Source: Oscillospiraceae bacterium
Lineage (GTDB): Bacteria; Bacillota; Clostridia; Oscillospirales; Ruminococcaceae
Direction: 5' to 3'
Length of the DNA stretch: 52,343 nt
Assembly (NCBI GenBank): GCA_029267825.1
Contig: JAJUHO010000001.1
Location: 1 to 52,343 of the forward strand
In this document: positions 37,158 through 46,246 of the stretch, in pieces
How positions within the stretch are numbered: the first letter of the stretch is position 1
Layout of the letters: each line of letters opens with the position of its first letter
Notes under the pieces: model-generated
The model's database searches: none
Seen by the model: the letters and a program-made list of their open reading frames with translations, nothing else
Told to the model about the DNA's origin: nothing
Translations under genes and position numbers: made by a program

Positions 37158-38070
37158 ACCTTTGCACCTCTTTTATATCTTTTATGAATCCGGGGTTTTC
37201 ACGGTTTCCCAAAAGAACTACTTGTCTGAATACACGTTGATTAAGCAAAGCTTTTATATGCTTCCTTTCATCAAGCTCTTCAAATGAGCTTGCATGTGCA
37301 CTGGCAATTACCACAACACCTGCATTGGAGCATCTTTCAATTGCAATGCAGTCATTCAATCCGCCTATTTCATCAACAATAATAATTTCAGGCGACATTG
37401 CCCTTATTGCCGCGGACATTCCCTCCTCTTTCGGATATCCGTCAAAGACATCAGTACATATGCCTATATCATTTTGTGGAATCCCTTGATAAACAGAGGC
37501 AATCTCGCCCCTTTCATCAATGAGAGAGACCTTTTTCAAGTTCCCAAGCTGCCTGCACAAATCTCTTAAAACTGTTGTTTTTCCGCTTAAAGGAGGGCCT
37601 ATTATTAAAGTTCCGGCAATCTTTGAAGCAAAAAGGATTTTCATAATTTCATCTGCGCAGCCCTTTACCTCATTTGCAATTCTAAAATTCATGCCTGATA
37701 TATGTTTGATTGTTTCCATTTTGCCATCTTTGATGACCGCGCTCCCGCAAAGTCCCACACGATGTCCTCCCGGCAAAGTTATATAGCCTTGCGAAAGTTC
37801 TTTTTGAAAGCTATGCACGGAATATTCGCAAATCGTCTTAAAGCTGTATTCGACATCCCTTTTGCTCGTCACAAGCCCTATTGACGGGCTGCTTGAAATC
37901 CCGCCGTTTTCTGTTATAAAAAGCTCTTTGCCAAAAGACGTCACAGAAAGAGGTTTTTCCGTTCTAAGCCTTATTTCCTGTATTTGATTTTTAATTGAAA
38001 CTTTTTCTAATGCCCACCTTATCCTATCCGCAAAATAAGGAATAAGTTTATCAAAATTTTTTTCCTCCAC
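37078..38070 (-). CDS. spoIIIAA: Stage III sporulation protein AA (AAA+ secretion-type ATPase)
   Basis: 330 aa. GTG start behind GGAGGAG. Walker A GPPLSGKTT. Walker B IIIVDEIG. Its 3' end runs 80 nt into spoIIIAB in another frame. Confidence 0.9.
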   Translation of the reverse strand: MEEKNFDKLIPYFADRIRWALEKVSIKNQIQEIRLRTEKPLSVTSFGKELFITENGGISSSPSIGLVTSKRDVEYSFKTICEYSVHSFQKELSQGYITLPGGHRVGLCGSAVIKDGKMETIKHISGMNFRIANEVKGCADEIMKILFASKIAGTLIIGPPLSGKTTVLRDLCRQLGNLKKVSLIDERGEIASVYQGIPQNDIGICTDVFDGYPKEEGMSAAIRAMSPEIIIVDEIGGLNDCIAIERCSNAGVVVIASAHASSFEELDERKHIKALLNQRVFRQVVLLGNRENPGFIKDIKEVQRYAENIRNAADYHNYGTDGNYILKKVN

Positions 38071-38133
38071 TTTTATCTCCTCCGTCCTTAAAATCCTCTT
38101 GGCTAATAATATGTCTTACGGGACAAGAATAGA

Positions 38134-38168
38134 ACAAAAAAATCCCGCCGCTTAAAAGCGGCAGGATT
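38134..38168 (-). terminator. Intrinsic terminator of the bioY/DUF1284 unit
   Basis: Hairpin AATCCCGCCGC / GCGGCAGGATT with one mismatch, followed on the minus strand by TTTTTTT. Confidence 0.75.
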
Positions 38169-38585
38169 TTAACCTTTTATATATTTTCTGCAATTTTCAA
38201 TTAGCTGCTTGGAGCTGCAAACGCCCATTTTATGCCATCTGCAATTACCGCAGCAATTTAAAAAAAGTTCTTTTATTTCACTTTTTAAAATAATATCAAG
38301 AATTTCTTTATATGTATATTCTTTGTTTGCCTCAAGCTTTAAACCCGATAAAACAGTTTCATCTTTGTTTTTTACATCATCATCGCCCAAAACGCACTTG
38401 CCTTGCAGAAGATTTGGGCAGCAAGAACATATATCGTCAGGTTCTTTCAGCAAAACCATGCTCCGTTCCGGATTATTGAGCAGTTCACATACGATAGTAT
38501 TCATATTTTGTGAAAATTTTTCATCATAGCCCTTTCCGGAAAACAAAAGCATACAAAAAAGATGATGTGCCCTTATTTTAAACAT
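38169..38585 (-). CDS. DUF1284-like cysteine-rich protein (11 Cys in 138 aa), function unknown
   Basis: The ATG at 38585 (MFKIRAHHLFCMLLFSGKGYDEKF...) lies inside the last codons of bioY (AATGTTTAA). Cys clusters: CSCCPNLLQGKC and CCGNCRWHKMGVC. The N-terminal R-x-HHL-x-C...G-x-GY pattern is what I remember for DUF1284. Confidence 0.55.
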   Translation of the reverse strand: MFKIRAHHLFCMLLFSGKGYDEKFSQNMNTIVCELLNNPERSMVLLKEPDDICSCCPNLLQGKCVLGDDDVKNKDETVLSGLKLEANKEYTYKEILDIILKSEIKELFLNCCGNCRWHKMGVCSSKQLIENCRKYIKG

Positions 38586-39120
38586 TTTCAAAATGCAAGG
38601 CTTTTCTTATGGCAATTGAAACAAAATACGCCGCCACAACCGAAATAATATCTTTTACAATATAAGGCAATGACACCAAAACAAGAGATTTTAAAAATCC
38701 ATTGCCGCTTAAAAAAGAAAACTGTATGACCCCAAACAAATGGCAAACAAGCAATCCCGCTATGCCAAAAGCAATTTTTATAAATTTATTGCTGAACTTA
38801 AAACTAAATCCTGTAATGATTGCCATAAAAAGAAACCCAATTAAAAATCCGCCGGTATATCCAAAGAAATGTGAAAAACCACCAGTAAATCCTGCAAAAA
38901 CAGGAACACCTACCGCTCCAAGAAGCAGATAAACCAGCACAGCCACACCGCCATATTGCCATCCAAGCACATAGCCGCAAAGTGAAACCGCAAGAGTTTG
39001 CAAGGTTATAGGCACACCTGTCGGCAAAGGAATCGATATTTGTGCAAGAACTGCGGTAAGTGCCGCAAACATTGCCGTTAAAACAAGCCGTCTTGTTGAA
39101 ATTTTTGACATCATGCTCAT
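38578..39120 (-). CDS. bioY: Biotin transporter BioY (S component)
   Basis: 180 aa. Motif LTAMFAALTAVLAQISIPLPTGVPITLQTLAVSLCGYVLG...GAVGVPVFAGFTGG. The ATG at 39114 has better spacing to the GGGGA RBS than the ATG at 39120. Confidence 0.9.
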   Translation of the reverse strand: MSMMSKISTRRLVLTAMFAALTAVLAQISIPLPTGVPITLQTLAVSLCGYVLGWQYGGVAVLVYLLLGAVGVPVFAGFTGGFSHFFGYTGGFLIGFLFMAIITGFSFKFSNKFIKIAFGIAGLLVCHLFGVIQFSFLSGNGFLKSLVLVSLPYIVKDIISVVAAYFVSIAIRKALHFENV

Positions 39121-39155
39121 TCCCCAATCTTAAAAAATATTTTAAAAACAGGGTT

Positions 39156-39184
39156 ATTTTAGCATAAAAAATTATATTTGTCAA
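39156..39184 (-). promoter_or_regulatory. Sigma-A-type promoter of bioY, with its -35 inside the operator half-site
   Basis: The minus strand reads TTGACA (39184-39179), a 17-nt spacer, then TAAAAT (39161-39156). Confidence 0.6.
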
Positions 39185-39210
39185 CCTTTAATTTCATTTT
39201 AGGTTGACAA
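39178..39210. promoter_or_regulatory. Probable BirA operator (bioO-like palindrome)
   Basis: TTGTCAACC (39178-39186), a 15-nt AT-rich spacer, then GGTTGACAA (39202-39210): a perfect 9-bp inverted repeat. Each half differs by one base from E. coli bioO TTGTAAACC / GGTTTACAA. It lies directly upstream of bioY. Confidence 0.7.
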
Positions 39211-39224
39211 TTAAAAAATATTTA

Positions 39225-39259
39225 ATGCCTGCCGAATCTAATGGTATTTCGACAGGCAT
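39225..39259 (-). terminator. Probable terminator after nth
   Basis: Stem ATGCCTG (39225-39231) / CAGGCAT (39253-39259) with an imperfect inner extension. The minus-strand tail is TAAATATTTTTT. Confidence 0.5.
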
Positions 39260-39267
39260 ATTTAAAT

Positions 39268-39918
39268 TTAAACCTTGCAAGAAAGCTCTTCCCCGCACTC
39301 TTCAAAAAACTTTTTTCTTAAAGGGCAGATTTCACATTTCGGAGACCTTGCAGTACAAAATTCCCTGCCAAACAAAACAAGCTGATGACAAAATTTTGCT
39401 GAAGATTCAGGGGGAATAATTTTAATCAAATCCTTTTCAACCTTAAATGGCTCTTTATTTTTTGTCAGTTTAAGGCGATAGCTTATCCTTATGCAGTGTG
39501 TATCGGTAACTATTGCAGGCTTGCCGAAAACATCCCCCATTATTAAATTTGCCGTTTTTCTACCAACACCGGGCAAAGAAAGCAGACCTTCCAAAGTATT
39601 TGGAATTTCTCCATTATATCTTTCAATAATTTGTCTGCTCATTTCAATTATGCTTGCAGCTTTTGTTTTGTAAAGCCCGCAGGATTTTATATCATTTGCA
39701 AGCTCGTCAAAATTTGCATCAGCAAAAGCTTGCAAGGAAGAATACTTTGAAAACAAATTCTGTGTAACAATATTTACCCTTGCGTCAGTGCACTGTGCAG
39801 AAAGTCTTGTTGCTATCAAGAGTTCATATGGTTTCTTATATTCAAGCGAACAGGCGGCATCAGGGTAAATTTTATCAAGTGACTTAACAATAAGCTCCGC
39901 ACGTTCTTTAAGCTTCAT
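39268..39918 (-). CDS. nth: Endonuclease III (HhH-GPD DNA glycosylase/AP lyase with 4Fe-4S cluster)
   Basis: 216 aa. HhH motif LLSLPGVGRKTANLIMG, followed by D (VTDTH). C-terminal cluster C-x6-C-x2-C-x5..C (CTARSPKCEICPLRKKFFEEC). Confidence 0.92.
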   Translation of the reverse strand: MKLKERAELIVKSLDKIYPDAACSLEYKKPYELLIATRLSAQCTDARVNIVTQNLFSKYSSLQAFADANFDELANDIKSCGLYKTKAASIIEMSRQIIERYNGEIPNTLEGLLSLPGVGRKTANLIMGDVFGKPAIVTDTHCIRISYRLKLTKNKEPFKVEKDLIKIIPPESSAKFCHQLVLFGREFCTARSPKCEICPLRKKFFEECGEELSCKV

Positions 39919-39932
39919 ACGGAATACCTCTT

Positions 39933-40685
39933 TTAAAAAATTTCAAGTTCAACAGGGCAATGGTCACTGCCAAAAACATCGGAATGTATTTTTGCGTCTT
40001 TTATTTTATCTTTTATCCTTTCAGAAACAAGAAAATAATCTATGCGCCACCCTGCATTATTTGCCCTTGCATTGAACATATACGACCACCAGGTATATGC
40101 CCCTGTCTTATCAGGATAGAGGTACCTAAATGAATCCACAAAGCCACTTTCCAAAAGCTTTGTCATTTTTTCTCTTTCCTCCGGAGTAAATCCGGCATTG
40201 CCCACATTTGTCTTGGGATTTTTAAGGTCTATTTCCTTATGTGCAACATTCAAATCTCCGCATATGACAACCGGTTTTTTTGAGTCAAGTTCCTTAACAT
40301 AAGAACGGAAATCATCCTCCCAACGCATCCTGTAATCAAGTCGTGCCAGCTCCCTTTGCGAATTTGGAGTATATACGTTGACAAGAAAAAAATCCTCATA
40401 TTCAAGGGTAATTATCCGTCCCTCGCTGTCATGTTCCTCAATTCCCATATCATAAGAAACAGAAACCGGTTCTTTTTTAGCAAAAACAGCTGTACCGGAA
40501 TAACCTTTTTTTACAGCGCTGTTCCAAAACTGAAAATATCCGTCAAGCTGCACTTCTGCCTGTTCTTTTTGCATTTTGGTTTCCTGTATGCAAAAAACAT
40601 CGGCATCAATACTTTTAAAAAAATCCTCAAACCCTTTTCCAAGGCACGCCCTTAATCCATTTACATTCCATGAAATAAATTTCAT
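39933..40685 (-). CDS. xth: Exodeoxyribonuclease III (ExoA/Xth AP endonuclease)
   Basis: I prefer the ATG at 40685 (MKFISWNVNGLRA...) because GGGGGAAATT lies upstream. Motifs: FCIQETK, GDLNVAH, GWRIDYF, SDHCPV. Confidence 0.92.
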   Translation of the reverse strand: MKFISWNVNGLRACLGKGFEDFFKSIDADVFCIQETKMQKEQAEVQLDGYFQFWNSAVKKGYSGTAVFAKKEPVSVSYDMGIEEHDSEGRIITLEYEDFFLVNVYTPNSQRELARLDYRMRWEDDFRSYVKELDSKKPVVICGDLNVAHKEIDLKNPKTNVGNAGFTPEEREKMTKLLESGFVDSFRYLYPDKTGAYTWWSYMFNARANNAGWRIDYFLVSERIKDKIKDAKIHSDVFGSDHCPVELEIF

Positions 40686-40695
40686 AATTTCCCCC

Positions 40696-41964
40696 TTAAA
40701 GCTCAATTAAGCCTCTTTCAAGCATTGTTTGCGCCGCAAGCAATACGCCCATCCTGCCGCTTGCATAGGTAAGCCCTCCTTGCATCCATGCGGCAAACGG
40801 TTCCCTTATTGGGGCATCTGCCGAAAGCTCTATTGAAGCTCCCATCGTAAACGCTCCCGCCGCCATTATAACTTTGCTTTCGTATCCGGGCATATCCCAT
40901 GCTTCCGGAGTTACAAAAGAATCAACAGGCGAACCCTTTTGTATTCCTTGGCAAAATGCAGTGAGGTTTTCTTCGTTTTTAAGCTTTAAAACTGTAATTA
41001 TATCGCTTCGCTTTTCAGAATTTGGCGGCAAACATTCAAATCCCAGCAAATTAAAAAGCTCGCACGCAAAGCTTGCTGTTTTAATAGCATTTGCCACCAC
41101 ATCCGGAGCAAAAAATAGCCCCATAAACATAGGCTTGCTTTGGTTTAAGGTACAGCCAACCTCTTTTCCCATTCCAACACATGTCAGCCTATATGAGCAA
41201 AGTTCTATCAGGTCCGACCTTCCTGCAATATATCCTCCGGTTTCTGCAATTCCCCCTCCCGGATTTTTAATGAGCGAACCAACAATAATATCAGCCCCGG
41301 CTTGCGTAGGTTCAATTTCCTCCACAAATTCACCATAACAGTTGTCAACCATTACAATTGCATCCGGATTTGCCGTTTTAGCGGCTTTTGCAATTTCTCC
41401 TATCTGTGAAACGCTAATCGCCGGACGCAGTGAATATCCTCTTGAACGCTGAACATAAATAACCTTTGAGTTTTTAGCTTTCTTGGCAATTTCATTTAAA
41501 TCAGGAGAACCATCCGTAAGCAAGTCGATTTGTGAATAATTCACTCCAAAATCTTTAAGCGAGCCATTGCCGCTTCCCCTTATGCCTATTACCTCTTCAA
41601 GAGTATCATAAGGTTTGCCCGTAACAGAAAGCAAAGTATCCCCCGGCCGCAAAACCCCAAAAAGCGCAACCGACAGTGCATGAGTGCCCGAAACAAAATT
41701 ATGTCTTGCAAGGGCATCCTCTGCGCCGAAAACATCGGCATAAACCTTGTCAAGAATATCCCTTCCGCTATCGCCATAGCCATATCCGGTGCTGCCTTTA
41801 AAGCAGCTTTCGCTTACTTTGTTTTTTATAAAAGCGGCAAGTACTTTTTCACCGTTGCATCTTGCAATCCGTTCGGTTTCCTTAAATTTTTCAAAACACC
41901 TTTCCTCAGCAACTTCAGCAAGTTTGCAAAGTCTTTTATCTATATTAAAAAAATTATCCGCCAA
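40696..41964 (-). CDS. YnbB-like PLP-dependent enzyme (methionine gamma-lyase / 'aluminium resistance' family)
   Basis: 422 aa. GSTGYGYGDSGRDILDKVYADVFGAEDALARHNFVSGTHAL and SLIKNPGGGIA (Lys-PLP region) are typical of the B. subtilis YnbB family. Confidence 0.8.
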   Translation of the reverse strand: MADNFFNIDKRLCKLAEVAEERCFEKFKETERIARCNGEKVLAAFIKNKVSESCFKGSTGYGYGDSGRDILDKVYADVFGAEDALARHNFVSGTHALSVALFGVLRPGDTLLSVTGKPYDTLEEVIGIRGSGNGSLKDFGVNYSQIDLLTDGSPDLNEIAKKAKNSKVIYVQRSRGYSLRPAISVSQIGEIAKAAKTANPDAIVMVDNCYGEFVEEIEPTQAGADIIVGSLIKNPGGGIAETGGYIAGRSDLIELCSYRLTCVGMGKEVGCTLNQSKPMFMGLFFAPDVVANAIKTASFACELFNLLGFECLPPNSEKRSDIITVLKLKNEENLTAFCQGIQKGSPVDSFVTPEAWDMPGYESKVIMAAGAFTMGASIELSADAPIREPFAAWMQGGLTYASGRMGVLLAAQTMLERGLIEL

Positions 41965-41983
41965 TTTTTAAAATCCTTCCCTT

Positions 41984-42715
41984 TTAAATATGTTCAAAAA
42001 TAATATCCCTATCAAATTCGATAAATCCCAATGACTTATAAAAGCCCTCCATTTCCGGCCTTGAACAAAGATAAGGTTTTATTCCCAAAGCAGACATCCT
42101 GTTTTCAAGCCAATAAAGAAGTTCCCTTGCCTGACCTTTCCCTCTGCTTTGCGGAGCGGTGGCAATCTGCCCGAAAAAAGCGCAGCCATCACCCTTAAAA
42201 CAAAGTTCGGCAGTAGTATCCTTGTAAAGATACACCCTGCTTATCCCATGCCTTACTCTATGGGAAGTTTCCGTCAGCCAAAGCGCATAATTATCCTCTA
42301 TCGGAAAGCTCGTCCTTAAAATGCCAAAAACATCATCCAACCTTGGATTTTTTTCCACAATCATATCATTAGGATATTTGCCCGGAACAAAATTAAAAAA
42401 TATGCGCTCGCAAGAATTATAACCGGACAATTTAAGTTTTTGAGCCAAATTACGCGGCATTTCAATGCTTTGAACCCCGCTTGACATTATGAAAAATTCC
42501 AATTCTTCCATGTCAAAATCATTTCCCACAACAGCAATAACCGCAGAGGAATTTAAAATTGCCGCATAGCCAAATAAAAATTCCTGACTTATTTCATAAA
42601 AACGGCAAAAATCATACTTAAAGCCGTAAGCTTCAAACCAAGCTTTAATCCTGCGCCCATAATGTCCTTTTGGAATTTTATTTAAATCAAAGCCAACGTT
42701 GATTTGTCTTATCAT
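41984..42715 (-). CDS. GNAT-family N-acetyltransferase with an N-terminal domain of unknown function
   Basis: 243 aa. C-terminal acetyl-CoA motif QIATAPQSRGKGQARELLYWL...GFYKSLGF. Its start overlaps the upstream M42 stop (ATGA). Confidence 0.7.
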   Translation of the reverse strand: MIRQINVGFDLNKIPKGHYGRRIKAWFEAYGFKYDFCRFYEISQEFLFGYAAILNSSAVIAVVGNDFDMEELEFFIMSSGVQSIEMPRNLAQKLKLSGYNSCERIFFNFVPGKYPNDMIVEKNPRLDDVFGILRTSFPIEDNYALWLTETSHRVRHGISRVYLYKDTTAELCFKGDGCAFFGQIATAPQSRGKGQARELLYWLENRMSALGIKPYLCSRPEMEGFYKSLGFIEFDRDIIFEHI

Positions 42716-43725
42716 AACTTAAAAATTGCCGCAGATAAATTCCTTGCAAGTTCTTTGCATGCCAAAACATCACTTTCCTTTACAACGCAGGACGGAGAAT
42801 GCAAATACCTGCACGGAATTGAAATAGCAACCGTTCTTACACCTGAACCCGAAACATGTATAGCGCCGCTGTCATTTCCTCCGGCAACCATTGTTTTGGT
42901 TTGAACGGGAATATTTTTTTCACGTCCAATTTCAAAGGCAAGCTTATAGAGTTCTTTATCATATATAGTGGAACGGTCCATAAACGAAACCACAGCACCC
43001 TTGCCAAGTTCGCAAACGCGTTTTTCGTCCTCCGCACCAGGTATATCCGAAGCGGTTGTGGCTTCAAGCACTATTGCAAAATCAGGTTTCACAATATTTG
43101 AAGCTGTCTTTGCTCCTCTTGTACCTATTTCCTCTTGAACGGTAAATACAAAAAATGTGTCATATTCCCATTCCTCTTTTATAAGCTCTATAAGCATTGC
43201 ACAGCCGGCCCTGTCGTCAATTGCCTTGCCTTTTAGCATGCCGCTGCCGAAAGAAACAAACTCTGATTTAAAGCAAATACTATCTCCCAAAGCCACAAAT
43301 TTTTCTGCTTCTTCTTTTGAAGAAGCGCCTATATCTATATAAAGCGATGAAATATCAGGAAATTTTTTCTTTTCATCATCAGAAAGATTATGCACCGCTT
43401 TTCCGCCGATAACCCCTTGCAACTTATCCTTTCCGACAAGCACTCCCCTACCAAGGCAAACGGCTGAATCTATTCCTCCAACCGGAGCAAATTTAATGCT
43501 TCCATCGGATTTTATCGAAGTGACGATAAAGCCCACTTCATCCATATGCGCACAAAGCATGAGCCTTTTTGATGAAGTTTTCTTTCCTTTTTTATAAGCA
43601 ATAAGGTTGCCAAGGGCATCCACACTATATTCGCAAAAATCCTTTATTTGGGATATTATAAAATCTCTTACCTCTCCCTCATCGCCGGATATTCCGTTTA
43701 AAAGGCAAAGTTCCTTAATTAACAT
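42712..43725 (-). CDS. M42-family metallo-aminopeptidase (TET/FrvX/YsdC type), copy 2
   Basis: 337 aa. Motifs: CAHMDEVGF, GKAIDDRAGC, FTVQEEIGTRGA, AGGNDSGAIH, CRYLHSP. Confidence 0.88.
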   Translation of the reverse strand: MLIKELCLLNGISGDEGEVRDFIISQIKDFCEYSVDALGNLIAYKKGKKTSSKRLMLCAHMDEVGFIVTSIKSDGSIKFAPVGGIDSAVCLGRGVLVGKDKLQGVIGGKAVHNLSDDEKKKFPDISSLYIDIGASSKEEAEKFVALGDSICFKSEFVSFGSGMLKGKAIDDRAGCAMLIELIKEEWEYDTFFVFTVQEEIGTRGAKTASNIVKPDFAIVLEATTASDIPGAEDEKRVCELGKGAVVSFMDRSTIYDKELYKLAFEIGREKNIPVQTKTMVAGGNDSGAIHVSGSGVRTVAISIPCRYLHSPSCVVKESDVLACKELARNLSAAIFKL

Positions 43726-44757
43726 TTATTTAATCCTCCTAATATATTCCGCAATAAGTTTTCCGACATTTTCAACATCCGACAAATCAACCACTTCCAC
43801 CGGCGTATGCATATACCTAAGCGGTACTGAAAGCGTAACCGTCCTTGCTCCGGACCCCGAAACGGAAAACTGGTCCGCATTTGTAGAAGTAAGCCCCGGC
43901 ATAATCTCGTGCTGGAATGGAATATTCATTTCCTTGGCAATATCAATAAGTTCAAATGAAAGCTTTTTATCAAGGCTCGGTGAAATGCCTATCATTCCTC
44001 CCCCACCAAGTTTTCCGCACTTTTCTTCCTTTTCTCCCTCGGCATATCCAAATCCCACATCGACGGCAATGGCAATATCAGCATTTATATCGTATGCGGC
44101 AATCTTTGCGCCCCTCTCTCCTATTTCTTCTTGTGCTGAAAACAAGACCGTAAGCGCACAGTTTATCTTCTCATTTTTAAGCAAATCAACCGCATAAAGT
44201 ATTGCTGCTACTCCCGCGCGGTCATCAAGAGCCCTGCCGGCCATTTTTCTCCCCAAAAGCTCGCAGCATTTTACGTCAAATGTAATTTTATCGCCCGGCT
44301 GAACTATTTCCAAAAGCTCATTGCGGCTCATGCCGGTATCAATGCAAAGCTCTGAAATTTCAGGCACTTCCTTTTCTTTTCCGCCTGACAAATGCGGTGG
44401 AATTGAAATTATAATTCCGCATATGTCTTTTTTGCCATGGATTATCACCTGTTGCGCAGGAAGAAGCCTTCTATCAATCCCGCCGCAGTTTGAAGCTTTT
44501 ATAAACCCGTTTTCATCAATGTAAGTCACAATAAGTCCTACTTGGTCTATATGAGCATCAAGCAGCAACTTTATTGAATTTCCATCATGATTCCCAAGTT
44601 TTCCTATTACATTCCCGTTTTTAATGCAAACATCATCAGTATATTCTTTCAATAAGGAAAGAGCCAGATTTGCTGCCTTGCTTTCTTCTCCGGAAACTCC
44701 CGCTTCATTCGAAAGCAGTTTTATTATATTTGCTAAATCCATTATTTTTTCCTCCAT
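43726..44757 (-). CDS. M42-family metallo-aminopeptidase (TET/FrvX/YsdC type), copy 1
   Basis: 343 aa. Motifs: DAHIDQVGL, GRALDDRAGV, FSAQEEIGERGA, STNADQF, LRYMHTP. Its stop directly abuts the start of copy 2. Confidence 0.88.
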   Translation of the reverse strand: MEEKIMDLANIIKLLSNEAGVSGEESKAANLALSLLKEYTDDVCIKNGNVIGKLGNHDGNSIKLLLDAHIDQVGLIVTYIDENGFIKASNCGGIDRRLLPAQQVIIHGKKDICGIIISIPPHLSGGKEKEVPEISELCIDTGMSRNELLEIVQPGDKITFDVKCCELLGRKMAGRALDDRAGVAAILYAVDLLKNEKINCALTVLFSAQEEIGERGAKIAAYDINADIAIAVDVGFGYAEGEKEEKCGKLGGGGMIGISPSLDKKLSFELIDIAKEMNIPFQHEIMPGLTSTNADQFSVSGSGARTVTLSVPLRYMHTPVEVVDLSDVENVGKLIAEYIRRIK

Positions 44758-44770
44758 AACTTTCCATAAC

Positions 44771-46162
44771 TTATTTAAGACTATTTACTATTTCTTTAAA
44801 ATGCCGTCCTCTTGCTTCAAAATTCGGATACATATCAAAACTTGCGCAAGCCGGTGAAAGCGTTATGACATCGCCTTTTTGAGCCTCTCTCCTTGCGGCT
44901 TGAACGGCTTCTTCAAGACTTTGGGCACGGATTATTTTAAGGCTGTTTTTATCATATCCATCATATTCAACTACGGCCTTTTCAATTTTATCGGCAGTTG
45001 CCCCCAAAAGAACAAGCACCTTTACCCTCTCGTTAAAAGGTTTTGCTATCGGCTCAAATGGGATTTTTTTATCATATCCGCCCGCAATTACAATAAGCTT
45101 TTGATTAAACGAGTAAAGTCCGGCAATCGCGCGGGTTGGGCTTGTTGCAATACTGTCATTGTAATACTTTACACCATCAAGTTCCCTTACAAATTCAATC
45201 CTATGCTCAACCCCGCCGAACTCTTTTGCAACCTTTACGATATTTTCAATCGAAACCTCTCCCCAAACAGCACAAACAGCAGCAAGATAATTTTCCACAT
45301 TATGCATTCCGGGAATCCTTATGTCATCTTTATCCATTATTTCTGTTATTTTTCCAAAATCATTAAAGCAAATCTTCCCATCATCACGTAAAAATGCACC
45401 GCATTCCGGAATTCCTTTTCTTGAAAACTTCAAAAGCTTTCCTCTTGTAAAAGTCGAAAGTGAATTTGCCGTTTCGTTATCCATATTAAGGACAGCTTTT
45501 GAAAAAGCATTTTGATGAAGGATTATATTTTTCTTGCTATCGATATATTCCTCCATCGTCCCATGAACATCCAAATGGTTTGGCGTTATGTTTGTAATTA
45601 CCGCTATGTCAGGGGATTTGCGCATTGATATAAGCTGAAAGCTTGAAAGCTCGACCACGGCGGCATCATTTTCATCAATGCTTTCTATTTCAGGCAGCAG
45701 CGCTTTTCCTATATTTCCGCCCTTATGCACGGTTTTGCCTTGTGCCGAAAGGAATTCGCTTATAAGCGTTGTGGTGGTGGTTTTTCCATCAGAACCTGTA
45801 ACAGCATAAATTTTGCACGGGCAAAGGTCAAAGAAAACTTCCATTTCGGAAGTTACAATAGTCCCATGTGACATTGCCTTTTTAAGCGCAGGATGATTGA
45901 AATACATTCCCGGCGTGCGAAAAACAATATCAGCCTCATCAATTTTATCAAGATAATTTTCGCCGAGCGAAAATTTTGCTCCGAGATTTAAAAATTCATC
46001 GTAAATTCCGCCAAGCTGTTCCTTTGTTTTTTTATCGCAAACGGTAACAGGTATGGATTTTTTTAAAAAAAGCCTTATCAAATCATTATGCGACACTCCG
46101 GTTCCGATAAAAAAAACATTTTTGTTCTCTATTTCTTTAAAAAAGCGCTCCGCCTTAGTCAT
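44771..46162 (-). CDS. murD: UDP-N-acetylmuramoylalanine--D-glutamate ligase
   Basis: 463 aa. Motifs: VTGSDGKTTTTTL (Mur ligase P-loop), NITPNHLDVHG, EHRIEFV, SPACASFD. Confidence 0.92.
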   Translation of the reverse strand: MTKAERFFKEIENKNVFFIGTGVSHNDLIRLFLKKSIPVTVCDKKTKEQLGGIYDEFLNLGAKFSLGENYLDKIDEADIVFRTPGMYFNHPALKKAMSHGTIVTSEMEVFFDLCPCKIYAVTGSDGKTTTTTLISEFLSAQGKTVHKGGNIGKALLPEIESIDENDAAVVELSSFQLISMRKSPDIAVITNITPNHLDVHGTMEEYIDSKKNIILHQNAFSKAVLNMDNETANSLSTFTRGKLLKFSRKGIPECGAFLRDDGKICFNDFGKITEIMDKDDIRIPGMHNVENYLAAVCAVWGEVSIENIVKVAKEFGGVEHRIEFVRELDGVKYYNDSIATSPTRAIAGLYSFNQKLIVIAGGYDKKIPFEPIAKPFNERVKVLVLLGATADKIEKAVVEYDGYDKNSLKIIRAQSLEEAVQAARREAQKGDVITLSPACASFDMYPNFEARGRHFKEIVNSLK

Positions 46163-46246
46163 TAAAAGGACTCCTTTGTTAATTTTAAATCTTCATATAA
46201 TTATATACACTATTTTAAAAAATAGCAACCTTTTCCGCAAACGCGC

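Noticed and set aside
38071-38133. Possible sigma-E promoter for spoIIIAA: CATATTAT on the minus strand, 37 nt upstream of the GTG start.
   Set aside because: It matches the -10 consensus CATACA-T only partially, and there is no acceptable -35 (kmATAww) at the right spacing. I did not annotate it without a PWM scan.
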